DNA from: Octopus vulgaris
Taxonomy: Eukaryota
Length of the DNA stretch: 64,000 nt
Direction: 5' to 3'
Assembly (NCBI GenBank): GCA_951406725.2
Contig: OX597825.1
Span: 16,740,001-16,804,000 of the forward strand
The first letter of the stretch is position 1. Every line of letters begins with the position of its first letter. The position numbers were made by a program, and so were the translations under genes. The notes beneath the pieces are model-generated. The model made no database searches. It had not been told where the DNA came from and saw nothing but the letters and a program-made list of their open reading frames with translations. Shown here piece after piece: positions 28,733 through 40,696 of this stretch.

Positions 28733-29629
28733 AAATTTTAAAATGCTATTCATAATGGGGAGGATTTTCATTTTAGTTAGCTATTTTCTCGGTGCTTTTA
28801 TAATTTCTCTTTTTGCGTGCTTCCTTGAGGAACCATTGTTCTGACATTACTACATATTTGTTTTGTTTTATTTTAAAATTTTAGTTCATTGTTTTATTTC
28901 TCGTTATTTGTTTCTTAATCTTATTTTCGTCCTTATTATAATCGATGACAGGCATCACGTCAGATTTTGAAAATCTTTCAATTATTCCAGTTTGTTTATG
29001 TGGCGTGAGGTTTTCATTGAAAAGGAAGATATGAATTAGCTTTTCTCAAAGAACTTCAGATGCCAAATTTACAGAATAAAAGACTCTGATAATATCAACG
29101 CCTCCCTTTCTTTGTTTTTCACAATGACTTTTACCCTGAGGTGACTTTGAATTTTTCTAATAATATTTATTCGTTCATCAGCGTTTAATATTTTTCTTGT
29201 ATTTTTTTTCTTTTTATTGATATCTCTCTTTCTTTCATCTTCTTTGATTCTATTGGGTATTTCTCATGATATATCTTCCCAACGGATATTAATTTAAGGT
29301 TCGAGGTATAATGAATTATTGAAGGTTAACGTTACTCAAAACTATAATATCCAAAAGGATGTTGAAATCTGTTAAATTATGGAAATCTATTTCGAAATTT
29401 TAATAGAAGTCCTACTGCAGAAAATTGGGAAATTAAAAGAATTCTATGTGGCTTCATATTTTACATTCCAACATATCCATTGATATTTTCCTAAAACGAA
29501 TAATTCATATTAATGTTTAGGCTAAAAAACCCCAATTCAAGCAGTTTTGTTTTTCCTCACACTTCGTAGGAAAGCTTAAATGCAGTAATTCACAAATATC
29601 CCGTATTGTCAAATATTGGTGTTTAGATG

Positions 29630-29930
29630 TGATCATAAAGTCATGAAGGGCCATGGGTTTGCATATAGAAACTTCCCCGCCGAGGAACAAATCCCAGCAA
29701 GATTGTTTATGGAAAACCAGCCTTCCCTCTACATGCAACCGATGATATATGAGGGAAAGGCAAAGGCCGATTCAGCTCAGCACCGGTGAAGTCGCAACTC
29801 ATTTCTACAGCTGAGTGAACTGGAGCAACGTGAAATAAACTGTTTTGCCCAAGAATACAATACACAGGAATCGAACTCAGAACCTCATGATTGTCAGCCA
29901 GACTCTTTAACCCCTGAGTCATGCTCCTTC
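29630..29930 (-). mobile_element. SINE family D with an alternative tail
   Basis: Minus-strand GAAGGAGCATGACTCAGGGGTTAAAG head; TTTCACGTTGCTCCAGTTCACTCAGCTG body. Confidence 0.65.
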
Positions 29931-29964
29931 AGGTAGGTATGATTATGAAGGATAATAAAATAAT

Positions 29965-30092
29965 ATTTTCTACTCTAGGCACAAGGCCTGAAATCTTGGA
30001 GGAGGGGGCCAGTCGATTAGATCGACCCCAGTACGCAAATGGTACTAAATTTATCGACCCCGAAAGTATGAAAGGCAAAGTCGACCTCGGCA
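29965..30092 (-). mobile_element. SINE family B 3' part
   Basis: CTCTAGGCACAAGGCCTGAAAT...ATCGACCCCGAAAGTATGAAAGGCAAAGTCGACCTCGGC. Confidence 0.75.
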
Positions 30093-30584
30093 GCAATGAT
30101 ATCAATACTTACTAATAGCAGACAGTCTGAAGTTCAAGAAATGGAACTTCTTGCATGCCCTTTCGAGCAGATATTTACATACGCTTAAAGTAACATAGTA
30201 TATTGATTAATGGTGAAAATTATATTACAATATATTATAATTTATAAGTAAAATTGTGAAAATGTCATAACTTAGGCAATATTATCTTCAATTCAATATC
30301 TTGCACCTTTCTGATATGGTGGAAAATATTCTCACACATACCTTCCCACATAACACTTTCCTTCAAAGAAGTTCTTCCTGTTAATCTCCAGGATTCACAC
30401 GTTCTACAAAGCAATTAAGTTCTAACGTTTTCCAATTTCTTCAAGATGCTTGTTAATTTTTCAAGACTTTTCCAGATCTTGCGACTTTTCTGTTGGTCCT
30501 CTGGAATCTAGTATCAAATAGTAACTATTTATTTGTATAGACTTTTGTATTTTTGTGTATATACATGTACACACATATCGATGA

Positions 30585-30822
30585 GAAGGCGCGTCGCTTA
30601 ATGGTTAGGGTATTCGGTTACCAATCGAAAGGTCGTGAGTTCAATTCTCGGTGATGTGTTGCGTTGAGGAAGACACTTTATTTCACGTTGCGCAAGTCCA
30701 CCCTGTTGGCAAAAATGAGCAGTACCTGTATTTCAAAGGCCTAGCCTTATCACACTCTGTATCATGCTAAATCCCCCCGAGAACTACGTCTAAGCCACTT
30801 GCATGTTAATTTCACGAGCAGA
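30585..30822 (+). mobile_element. SINE family D
   Basis: GAAGGCGCGTCGCTTAATGGTTAGGGTATTCGG...GAGTTCAATTC head; tail as in 63620-63800. Confidence 0.7.
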
Positions 30823-31934
30823 TTAACATTTAAAACTGTCCGTTCACCTTCTAAATTCAGTCACCCACCCATTTTTGCACAGTTGATAAAGCTGGCACAT
30901 GATAACCTAATGCAGTAACCGTGTCAGTATGAATGTCTTTGGGGCTAAACCCTTTTACTGCAGGTACTTGATAACATCACGATTCTAAATCTCTGCCATC
31001 TTCAAGATAAGGCACTACTAGTTGCATCTGAAGTCTTCTCTGAATAGTCAGATCTCAATTTATCTGGATATAAACAATGCAGTTATTAATAAGAAGGGCT
31101 GAAATTCATTCATGCATGTTTTCACAGCTTTAGCATCACTCCTTCATAGACAGCCTATGACCTTTTCAGCGCACACTCGTGGCTAATGCAGAATGGAGTT
31201 GATCTGCCGTGTCGAGTAGCTTTACTCTGGAGATCCACGCAATTAATACACAACTTCTCCCCGTAGGACTATTTAAAATATGCATATTTGAAACAAGAGC
31301 GATATGAGTAATAATTTGAGCTGCTCGAAAAGTTTTTACAGCATAGCTAATGCAGAGTGGAGTGGCTATGATATTTTGTGTTAGCAAATAATTTACTAGT
31401 TAATTACATTGAGCTTGGATACTGAGTTATGTGGGAACATGAAAGAGACTATTTATGATATATGCTGTAACTTTCCCATAAATACAAGATATCACAAATG
31501 AAAATAGAGAATAACCTTACAGTAAAAGCGTATTTATTCAATGATGGAAGTTGTCATATTTATATTTCACAGAATATTATGTCATAGAGACTCTAAAATC
31601 GCGTTCTGATTAAAAGCATCATTTTGATAGACGGGTTAAGTTGTATATGAAGCTGTAGATATAGTAATATAAATATGAAAGCGATAAGAGTTCCACTCTG
31701 ATCTATGAAACGAATTTCTAGATGATAACATTCTTTAAACTTTCGATCACATGTAATTTGTGATATATTATGCAGAAGTGTATTAATATACTGGATAGCT
31801 CTGGTAAATTAGTCTTTAGCATATACCAGCAACAAAATCTATTATAGCCGTACACATTCGAAAGAAAGTTAGAGAGAAGGAGAGAGAAAGAGAGGGAGAA
31901 AGAGAGAGAGAGAGAGAGGGAGAGCAAAACCAAA

Positions 31935-32087
31935 CTCGGTTTACAATCGTGTGGTTACGGGTTCAGTTCCATTTCACGCTCTCTTACCGTAGCTGTTTTC
32001 TATTATAGCCTTGAACTGACCAATACCTTGTGAGTGAATTTGATAGACGGAAACTGTGTGGGAAGCCTTACATATATGAATATATAC

Positions 32088-32127
<40 letters not shown>

Positions 32128-32340
32128 GGAGGGTGTATGCATGTATATGCGTGTCACTTTGCGTTCACGTTTGTCTTCCTACCGGTGTTGGTCTGTTTAC
32201 GTCTCCGTAATGGAGCAGTTTGACAAGATAGTGAAACTATAAGTACCAGACTTGAAATCGTGGATCGGTTTATTCAGGTAAACTCCTCGAGGTAGTTGGA
32301 CGCAGTCAAGCATGGCCACAGTTACAAGTAAAAGACAAAA
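31935..32340 (+). mobile_element. Degraded SINE family A
   Basis: CCTTGTGAGTGAATTTGATAGACGGAAACTG, internal (TA)n, CATGGCCACAG...CAAGTAAAAG tail. Confidence 0.6.
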
Positions 32341-32446
32341 ATGTCTGTATGTCAGTGGGAGAGATCGAGAGTGAGAGAAAGAGAAAGAATGTGTGTGTGT
32401 TGCATCGATTACATGACTTTGATCAAATTTTTTATTATTTTTTAGT

Positions 32447-32553
32447 GGAGGCGCAATGGTCCAGCGGGTAGGGCAGCGGACTTGTGGTTATAGGAACGCG
32501 GTTTCGATTCCCAGACCGGGCGCTGTGTGTGTTTATTGAGCGAAAACACCTAA
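32447..32553 (+). mobile_element. SINE family C head only
   Basis: GGAGGCGCAATGGTCCAGCGGGTAGGGCAGCGGAC...GGTTTCGATTCCCAGACCGGGCG. Confidence 0.7.
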
Positions 32554-33227
32554 ATATTGCTAAATAAAAAGTAAATTGACCACGTGGAGGGATGTAAAGT
32601 AAATTGATCCGGGGTTAGGACGTAAAAGCCAGGAACAAAATCCCCTAAACAATTTTTAACGCCCCCGCCCCTTAAAATTTCTGTCAGCTTTCTTCCTTTT
32701 CGTTTAACAGTAAAATATGGTTGGATATCTACGAAATTCTGAAAATGTAGCAGCAAAGGAAACGCTGTTGTTATAAATACTTTGTAAAATGCTATCTCTG
32801 ACAGCTCTCTTTATAGAAATCAATAGAACTTTTATTGAATTAAAGCCTGATTTAAAATGACTTGCCTCATGGGTTACTCTCTGACTTCGATACTGTTCAC
32901 TAAAAGCAGTCCTTTATTCTTTACAGAGTGCATAATAGATGTTTCAGAATCATTAATTCCCGTTAAAGCTTCCTCTGCGAGCGGAAACAAAGGACTGATT
33001 ATACGTCTTATTCTTTGAAAGAAGTGAAGAACCCGTCGGGAATAATAGACGGACAGCCCGGTAATATATGATAAGGAATCTTTATTGGTAGGCGCTGAAA
33101 TTTTCCTGAGTAGAGTTAAATGCGAGACGTGAAAGCGTAATTCGTAATGCTAATTTGGGTAATGTTGAATGCAAATAGATTCAGTGTAAAATTTACATTT
33201 ATCGTATGTGGAATCTAGTTTCGCTTA

Positions 33228-33561
33228 GGCACAGACGTAGCTTTGTGGTTAAGAAGCTCGCTTTACAGCCTCGTTTTGCGTGTTGAATTCACCTCCGCGG
33301 TACTTGGGCAAATGTCTTCTACTGTAGTCCTGGATCGAACAATGCCATGTTAGTGGAGTGTTTGAAGAAGGCGCGTCGTACACACACACACACACAGACA
33401 CAGAAACATAGTAGCTTTGTCGTAAGTAGCTTGCTTACCAACCACATGGTTCCGGGTTCAGTCCCACTGCGTGGCACTTTGAGTAAGTGTCTTCTACTTT
33501 AGCTTCGGGCCGACCAAAGCCTTGTGAGTTGATTTGGTAGACGGAAACTGAAAGAAGCATG

Positions 33562-33621
<60 letters not shown>

Positions 33622-33830
33622 ATGTTTGTGTATCTGAGTTTCTTCCCCAACATCGCTTGACAACCGATGCTGGTGTGTTTACGTCCCCGTAACTTTGCAA
33701 TTCGGTAAGAGAGACCCTATAGAATAAGTACTAGGCTTACAAAGAATAAGACCCAGGGTCGATTTGCTCGACTAAAGGCGGTGCCCCAGCATGGGAGCAG
33801 TCAAATGGCTTAAATATAAATAAAATAAAT
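33228..33830 (+). mobile_element. Two adjacent SINE family A copies (degraded 33228-33380; better preserved 33410-33830)
   Basis: AAGTAGCTTGCTTACCAACCACATGGTTCCGGGTTCAGTCCC head, internal (TA)n, GGCGGTGCCCCAGCATGG tail. Confidence 0.8.
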
Positions 33831-33886
<56 letters not shown>

Positions 33887-34108
33887 GAGTATATAATTAT
33901 GAAAATATAATTATATACTTCAAAAAATTTAATTTTCGATATGGTGTTTTATTTTATACCCTAGCTACTGATCTAATCATTTTAATAATTATATCCTCAA
34001 TTTATACGCGCGCGCGCATGTGTATACGTATGTGGGTGTGTGTGTATTTGTCCCGCACCATCCTTTGATAAACTTGTTGACTGTGTATGTATATACATAC
34101 ACACACAC

Positions 34109-34145
<37 letters not shown>

Positions 34146-34275
34146 CACAAACCCATCGCATTTCTCACAAATCCTTACACCATCGCATCCCATACCAACA
34201 CGAATACGACAACTACCTACCCCCCTCCAACCTCCCCACCCAAAAACACTCCTACACATACAACCAGAACTTTAA

Positions 34276-36624
34276 CAAAGAATACACCCCTTACCTCAAC
34301 AACCATTTTTTAGACAGAGGGGAAAAATACAAACACCACCGCTAACACAGACCCAAAATAAGAAAACAAAAATTATAAACCTCTCCAGCAAAACACTGAC
34401 ACCAACCCAAATCAACATCCTAGCAAGAAGTTTTGAAATTCACACCCACCCCAAGAACACCCAACCCCCGGAGGTCAAGGATGACGTTTCTGAATTCTGC
34501 AGAAAACTTCGCCTAACAGAAGCTTTGACAGATATTAACAATGGGGACGACTCATTGATCAGAAATAAAAGCAACTTCCTACCACCAAAAGGGAGAAATA
34601 AAACACTGGACGATTTCTGTAAACACATCCAGAGTCTCCCCTTTACCCCAAGCAAAACCAAGGTAAAATCCAATTTCAGTAAGGAAGAATGGGAAAACCT
34701 ACGTGACATACAACTGGATAAAAACCTCACCATCAAAGAAGCGGACAAAGGGAGTGCTGTGGTCCTTATGGACACGGAATTTTATAAACACCTAGTGTTC
34801 TCCATGCTTAACAATAACATTTTCTATGAGGTTATTAACAACTACAAACAGCAAAAAACAATCAGAAACCTCACCACACTCATACACCAACACGGTCAGG
34901 GACTCACAGAAAAAGAAAGGGATTATATCACCATTTTCAAATGCAAGCCCAGCCTTTTTTATGGCCTTCCTAAAATCCATAAAAACAAATACATCACCGA
35001 AGCCTGCAAACTCTCCACTGACATCCACATCAACATCAAAGCACCGGAGGACCTAAAACTAAGGCCCAACGTGGCTGGTACCTCCTGTGAAACACACCGC
35101 CTGAGTAACTTCCTAGACATCCTTTTGAAACCTTTCCTTACCCACATCAAAAGTTTCATTAGGGATGATCTGGACATGCTCAAACACCTCCCGAAAACAG
35201 TTAACGAGGAGGCACTCCTGGTATCCTTTGATGTCATCAACCTCTACACCAACATTCCACATGAGTATGGTATAGAGGCAATTGACTTCTGGCTAGAAAA
35301 ACACCCAGAGACATTCCCTGACCGCATTAACAAGTCTTTTATTACAGAATCTCTTAAGTTCATTCTGACAAACAATTTTTTTCTCTTCGACGACACACAC
35401 TACCGTCAAAAATATGGCATTGCGATGGGTACCAAGGCTGCACCAGTCCTTGCGAACCTCATAATGGGTTACTTCGAACTGTCACTCTATGAAATATCAA
35501 GCCAGAAATTTGGACATGTTTTCCACACCTACCTAATGGAAAACTGGAAAAGGTATTTAGATGATTGTTTCATCATATGGAAAGAACCTTATGAAAAACT
35601 CCTGGAATTCAAAACCATACTAAACAACATACATCCCAACATCCAATTCACTATGGAATTAAGCAAACATCATCTCCCATTCCTTGATCTCCTAATTATA
35701 AAAACACCTAAGAACCAAATCATAACAGACATCTACCACAAACCTACAGACTCACAACAATACCTCCTCTTTAGTTCATGCCACCCAAAACACACCAAGA
35801 CAAATATCCCTTTCAATTTAGCTAAAAGGGTATGCACCATTGTCTCGGATCCAAAAACACGAGAAATACGCCTTCAAGACCTCAAAAAAACACTATTACA
35901 ACGTCAATATCCCTCCACCCTTATAGAGTATGGAATAAAACGCGCCAAAGAACTAGACAACACTACACTGAAAACCACCCAACCTAACACCACACACAAC
36001 CTCAAAATACTTCCATACATTTCCACCCACAACCCCAAAAATATCGAAGCATACACCACAATCATACAAAACCTCAGTCTACTGCCAACAGACCCAAAAA
36101 TGAAAAACATTATAAATACACACAAAATCCTCAAATGCAAAAGGCAACACAAATCTTTAAAAAAACTCTTGACAAATGCCAAACTTCACACACCACATCC
36201 ACCCCCAACAGTAAAAAAATGTGCACGCTCAAACTGTGGTACCTGCCCCTTTCTACTTGAAGGCTCTGAATTTACCTTCAAACAAGGTACGAAGTTTAAA
36301 ATCAAGACTAACTTCTCCTGTTCCTCCGAGAACCTTATCTACGTTCTCACATGCGCTGGTTGCCAACATAATTATGTTGGACAAACGAGTCTCCCGTTAC
36401 GTAAACGAGTTACGGTGCATAAAGAACAAATAAATCTCCCGGAATACCGACAAATTCCACTGAGTGACCACTTAGACTCATGTGCTAAAGACTTAAACCC
36501 CAAATTCTATATATTCCCCTTCTACCAATGTAAAGACGGGATCACCACACAGGAGAGAATTAACAAGGAGAATCTCTTTATTGAAAAATTCCAAACACAA
36601 CTTAATATGCAAACTCCTCGTTGA
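34276..36624 (+). CDS. PLE reverse transcriptase / GIY-YIG endonuclease polyprotein (true start not resolved)
   Basis: The frame is open from 34276. Motifs: KIINLS, IKEADKGSAVV, FYGLPKIHK, SFDVINLYTNIP, GIAMGTKAAP, RYLDDCF, FLDL, CARSNCGTC linker, NLIYVLTCAGCQHNYVGQT...LRKRVTVH. Confidence 0.9.
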   Translation, partial: QRIHPLPQQPFFRQRGKIQTPPLTQTQNKKTKIINLSSKTLTPTQINILARSFEIHTHPKNTQPPEVKDDVSEFCRKLRLTEALTDINNGDDSLIRNKSNFLPPKGRNKTLDDFCKHIQSLPFTPSKTKVKSNFSKEEWENLRDIQLDKNLTIKEADKGSAVVLMDTEFYKHLVFSMLNNNIFYEVINNYKQQKTIRNLTTLIHQHGQGLTEKERDYITIFKCKPSLFYGLPKIHKNKYITEACKLSTDIHINIKAPEDLKLRPNVAGTSCETHRLSNFLDILLKPFLTHIKSFIRDDLDMLKHLPKTVNEEALLVSFDVINLYTNIPHEYGIEAIDFWLEKHPETFPDRINKSFITESLKFILTNNFFLFDDTHYRQKYGIAMGTKAAPVLANLIMGYFELSLYEISSQKFGHVFHTYLMENWKRYLDDCFIIWKEPYEKLLEFKTILNNIHPNIQFTMELSKHHLPFLDLLIIKTPKNQIITDIYHKPTDSQQYLLFSSCHPKHTKTNIPFNLAKRVCTIVSDPKTREIRLQDLKKTLLQRQYPSTLIEYGIKRAKELDNTTLKTTQPNTTHNLKILPYISTHNPKNIEAYTTIIQNLSLLPTDPKMKNIINTHKILKCKRQHKSLKKLLTNAKLHTPHPPPTVKKCARSNCGTCPFLLEGSEFTFKQGTKFKIKTNFSCSSENLIYVLTCAGCQHNYVGQTSLPLRKRVTVHKEQINLPEYRQIPLSDHLDSCAKDLNPKFYIFPFYQCKDGITTQERINKENLFIEKFQTQLNMQTPR

Positions 36625-37256
36625 TCAAACTTCCTTTCTCTACCTCACTCTTCATGGATGGACTAACACAAATATATAAAGATACCATGCATTCATCACT
36701 TCAAGCTAAAACTTATATTCTTTAAATATCATTTTTACTATTGTTGTTATTACTATCATTTTTATTATAAATGATATGACAATTTGAAATGCAATTGTCT
36801 ATGCAGATTTATATTATTAGAAAATAATATAAATAAAGTGTTAAAATCTGAAAGTTAAGTTAACAAGCAATTATATAAAAAAGATAATGCAAATGAAGCT
36901 AAAATGATAGTTTTATAATTTGGGTTTTATTGAAGAACTCAAAAGAGTTGTCTCCCCTTACTCACAACACAGGAACTGAAGAACCAGGACCACAATTACT
37001 ACTACTTCCTGTCCTGCAACATGCTGAATTTAACAACACAACACATCACATGCTCTTAATCCCTTTGGATCTTAACACCTCAAGGTAATTTTTTGGTAAA
37101 CAACCATAAAACTCAAGATACACAACGAACTCACAATGTATCGGAGAACTTATTTTTCAATTTTTGTACATTTTTATCATTATTCTTTTACAAAAAACAA
37201 TGCAATTTTCTTTTTTTCCCCTTTCTAATTTTTAAAAAAACTTCTTAAAACATAAA

Positions 37257-37297
37257 TATTCTTGACAAGTCATACAATGACGAAAACCGGTTGAATA
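37257..37297 (+). ncRNA. Minimal hammerhead motif, U3-A8 core variant
   Basis: TATTC-TTGACAA-GTCAT aca ATGAC-GAAA(A)-CCGG-TT-GAATA; one extra A after GAAA. Confidence 0.65.
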
Positions 37298-37436
37298 AAT
37301 ATATATTTATATATTTTATCATTTTCTCATTTTATTAAAATTTTCTTTCATTTGAGCATTCTGCATTTAAAAAAAAATATTTCCTTACTATATATATATA
37401 TATATATATTTTGTATATATATATATACATATATAT

Positions 37437-37637
37437 TTGAGGGACGTTCGCCTACACTCTTTTTCTCCCGGCGCACGCCACTTCCGCTCGGCCGGCCATT
37501 CCCTAGATGACATCTCAGTGTTTGGTCTCGCCCCCCACAATGGTCGCCCACTTTCCAGGCTCCACTTGGAGCAACGCTACATCTTCACCCTACAAACTAC
37601 TACCCCACACGGACTTAACACAGCCCCCTCCTCTTGA
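37437..37637 (+). pseudogene. PLE GIY-YIG C-terminal fragment
   Basis: RDVR...ARHFRSAGHSLDDISVFGL...RLHLEQRYIFTLQTTTPHGLN matches the typical Neptune-type PLE C-terminus (VARHF..HS..EQ..IF.L.T..P.GLN). Confidence 0.75.
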
Positions 37638-40487
37638 GATCCGCTTCTTTTTTTTTTTTTTCTGTTTCCCGGATACAACACCCACACACACACACCTACC
37701 TACCTCCCACACGCCTGTTCACACACACACATACGTAGACCCATCTACGTACATACATTCACACATTTAATCACACACACTTATAGACATACATGCACAC
37801 ACTAACATACAAACCAACATGCACATACACACACACATACATACATACACACACACATACATACTTGCACACACACACACACACAGACATACATACACAC
37901 ATACATACACACATACATACGCACATACATACACACACACTCATACACACACACCGCACGTACATACTTCACACACACACACATGCACACATACATGTAG
38001 GCATACACATACATACATACCCACACATGCACACCCTTACACTGAATGCACACACACATACACCTTTTTGTATCTCTTTTCTGCTTTCCGGTTTTGGCTG
38101 ATGGATCCTCGGTTCCCGCGTAGCGGGGCGTTCGAGGGCCTTTGCGCTCGCGCGCCTTGGCGCGCGCTGGGGGCTTGGTCGGCCCCATGGGCTTGCGTTG
38201 TATTGCTTGTGCGTTGTGTGCGTGAGCGCGCTTCGTGTGTGTGGGCTTGCTTCGGATGTGCGCGTGCGTATGTATGCATACATACCCACACACGAGCATG
38301 CATCCCTCCCCACATACATACACGCACACCTACTCACACACACACATACACACACACATACCCGCACACACACATATACATACATACACACACATACCTA
38401 CTTCAGACATACACACACACAGACATACACCCATACACTCACACTCACACGCATACACACACACATACACACGCACACGTACACATACACACACACACAC
38501 CTACATACATACATTACACTTGTACACACACACTTACATTCATACACACACACACCTACACAGCCATACCCTCACTCAGACACACACACCTACCTACACA
38601 CACACACAACACACACAGACACACACCCATACATACATCTACACACACACGCCTACACACATACATACATACATACATAAACACACACACATACACATAC
38701 ACACACATACGCACACACACATATACTTATACACATGCACACACACACATACATACATACACCCATACACATACACACACACATACCTACATACTCCTAT
38801 ACACACATACATACACACAGACATACACACATACACACTCACACAAACATACACACACACATACTTACACACACACACTCGCCTGCACGCGCACACACAT
38901 GCATGACAAACACCCATACACTCACACTCACATACGCACACACCAACATAAACACGCACACGCACACACACACCTACACTCCCACACACATACATACGCA
39001 CCTACATACACACACGCACGCATACACACGCACACACACGCATACACACATACATTACACACGTACACACACACCTACATACACATGCATACACACACAC
39101 ACACAAACATGCACGGACACACCCAGACATACATACATACACCTATATACACACACCCACACACACATACACACACACACACACACACACATACACGGAC
39201 ACACCCATACATACTTACATACATACACCTATACACACACGCCTACACACCTACATACACACACATGCATACACACACACACATGTACGCACATACACAC
39301 ACATATACGCACATACATATATACCCACACACATGCACACACACACACATACGCACATGCATGCATGCATGCACACGCGCACACCTACACGCATACACAC
39401 ACACACACTTACACATACATACATACACACACATACATACACCCATACACATACATGCATCCTACACACACATACATACACACTCACACATACATACACA
39501 CACACACACTCACTCACACACCTGTATGTACGCACACACACATGCACATACACACACTTCCACACACCCACACGTACATACATACACACTCATACACATA
39601 AACACACACACACACACGGACATACATCTACGCACACACATATATACACACATACTCACATACATTCATCGGACACACTGACACCCAGACATACACACAG
39701 ACACACTCACACATCCACACACATACATACTTACGCGCATACTCGTAGGCGCGCGCACACACGCGCTTGCGCCGGTTCGCGCACGCATACGCGCTGCATG
39801 CACCTCGCTCTTGGACCCGACGAGACCTTCCCGCTCGTTCCTGGGACCGTCGCTTGTCGTTGGGTTTTCCCACGCCCGTCTCCGCGGGACCACTCTTCCA
39901 TCTTCCCCTCGGCTGGAGTCCTTTTCCTTAACCCCCCCTTTTTTTGTTACACACACGCGCACACATATACACACCCACTCACACACACACATTGCTTAAA
40001 TATATACATTACTCTTACACACATTCAATCTACTCGCCATTAATACTACCACGACACTGGACACACACACACACTACTACTCAACACACGCTGGCACGCT
40101 ACATACGCCCCCACCCCTTCCCCTCCCTCCCTTCCTCCTTCCTTCATTTTCTTACTACTGACCACTGTCTGCTATGCCTACTACTGTCTCGCCCTACCTC
40201 ACACGCCTACACACAGACGCACACACTAACACATACATATATTTTTTGTTTTTTTATCTCGCCTCACACACACATACACACACGCACAGGCACACACTCA
40301 CACATACACACACATCTGTTGCGTTACCAACCCTGTCTCCACTCTTTTGGCTTTAAAAACCTACTTTGCTCTTGTTATCGTAAACTTCCGCCTTTCACCA
40401 TGTGGACTTCGTAAACACCAGTCGTTTTTTTCTCCATCTCCTGTTGCCCGCTTTGGGATCTTTCTTTCCTCTCTCTTCCTTCTTTAT

Positions 40488-40522
40488 GTTTCCGACGAAG
40501 AGCTCCGCTCGAAACGTCATAC
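40488..40522 (+). ncRNA. Minimal hammerhead motif (U4C core variant)
   Basis: GTTT-CCGACGA-A-GAGC tcc GCTC-GAAA-CG-TC-ATAC. Confidence 0.6.
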
Positions 40523-40615
40523 CTTCCTGCTTCCATATTTCCTGAGCGCCTATTAATAATAATACTGTAATTGTTCCACTGTTGTTGTGTTTTTTTGTTT
40601 TCCCGTTTGGATTAA

Positions 40616-40696
<81 letters not shown>

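Larger units (their letters stand above)
34143..37388 (+). mobile_element. Penelope-like retroelement (Neptune/Naiad-type), near full length
   Basis: RT + Cys-rich linker + GIY-YIG ORF, a ~760 bp 3' region with a hammerhead motif, bounded by (TA)n on both sides. Confidence 0.9.
37436..40619 (+). mobile_element. 5'-truncated Penelope-like element with a ~2.9 kb CA-rich 3' region
   Basis: Starts right after (TA)n with a GIY-YIG C-terminus. Ends with a hammerhead motif and a terminus shared with 19647 and 56278, followed by (TA)n. Confidence 0.7.

Noticed and set aside
32927-33060. Possible plus-strand exon after TTTATTCTTTACAG
   Set aside because: The best frame hits a stop before the candidate donor, and no homology was recognised.
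34276-36624. Selenoprotein-type (UGA-recoded) Naiad PLE
   Set aside because: No in-frame TGA replaces the linker or GIY-YIG cysteines. The only TGA is the terminal stop, at the expected C-terminus.
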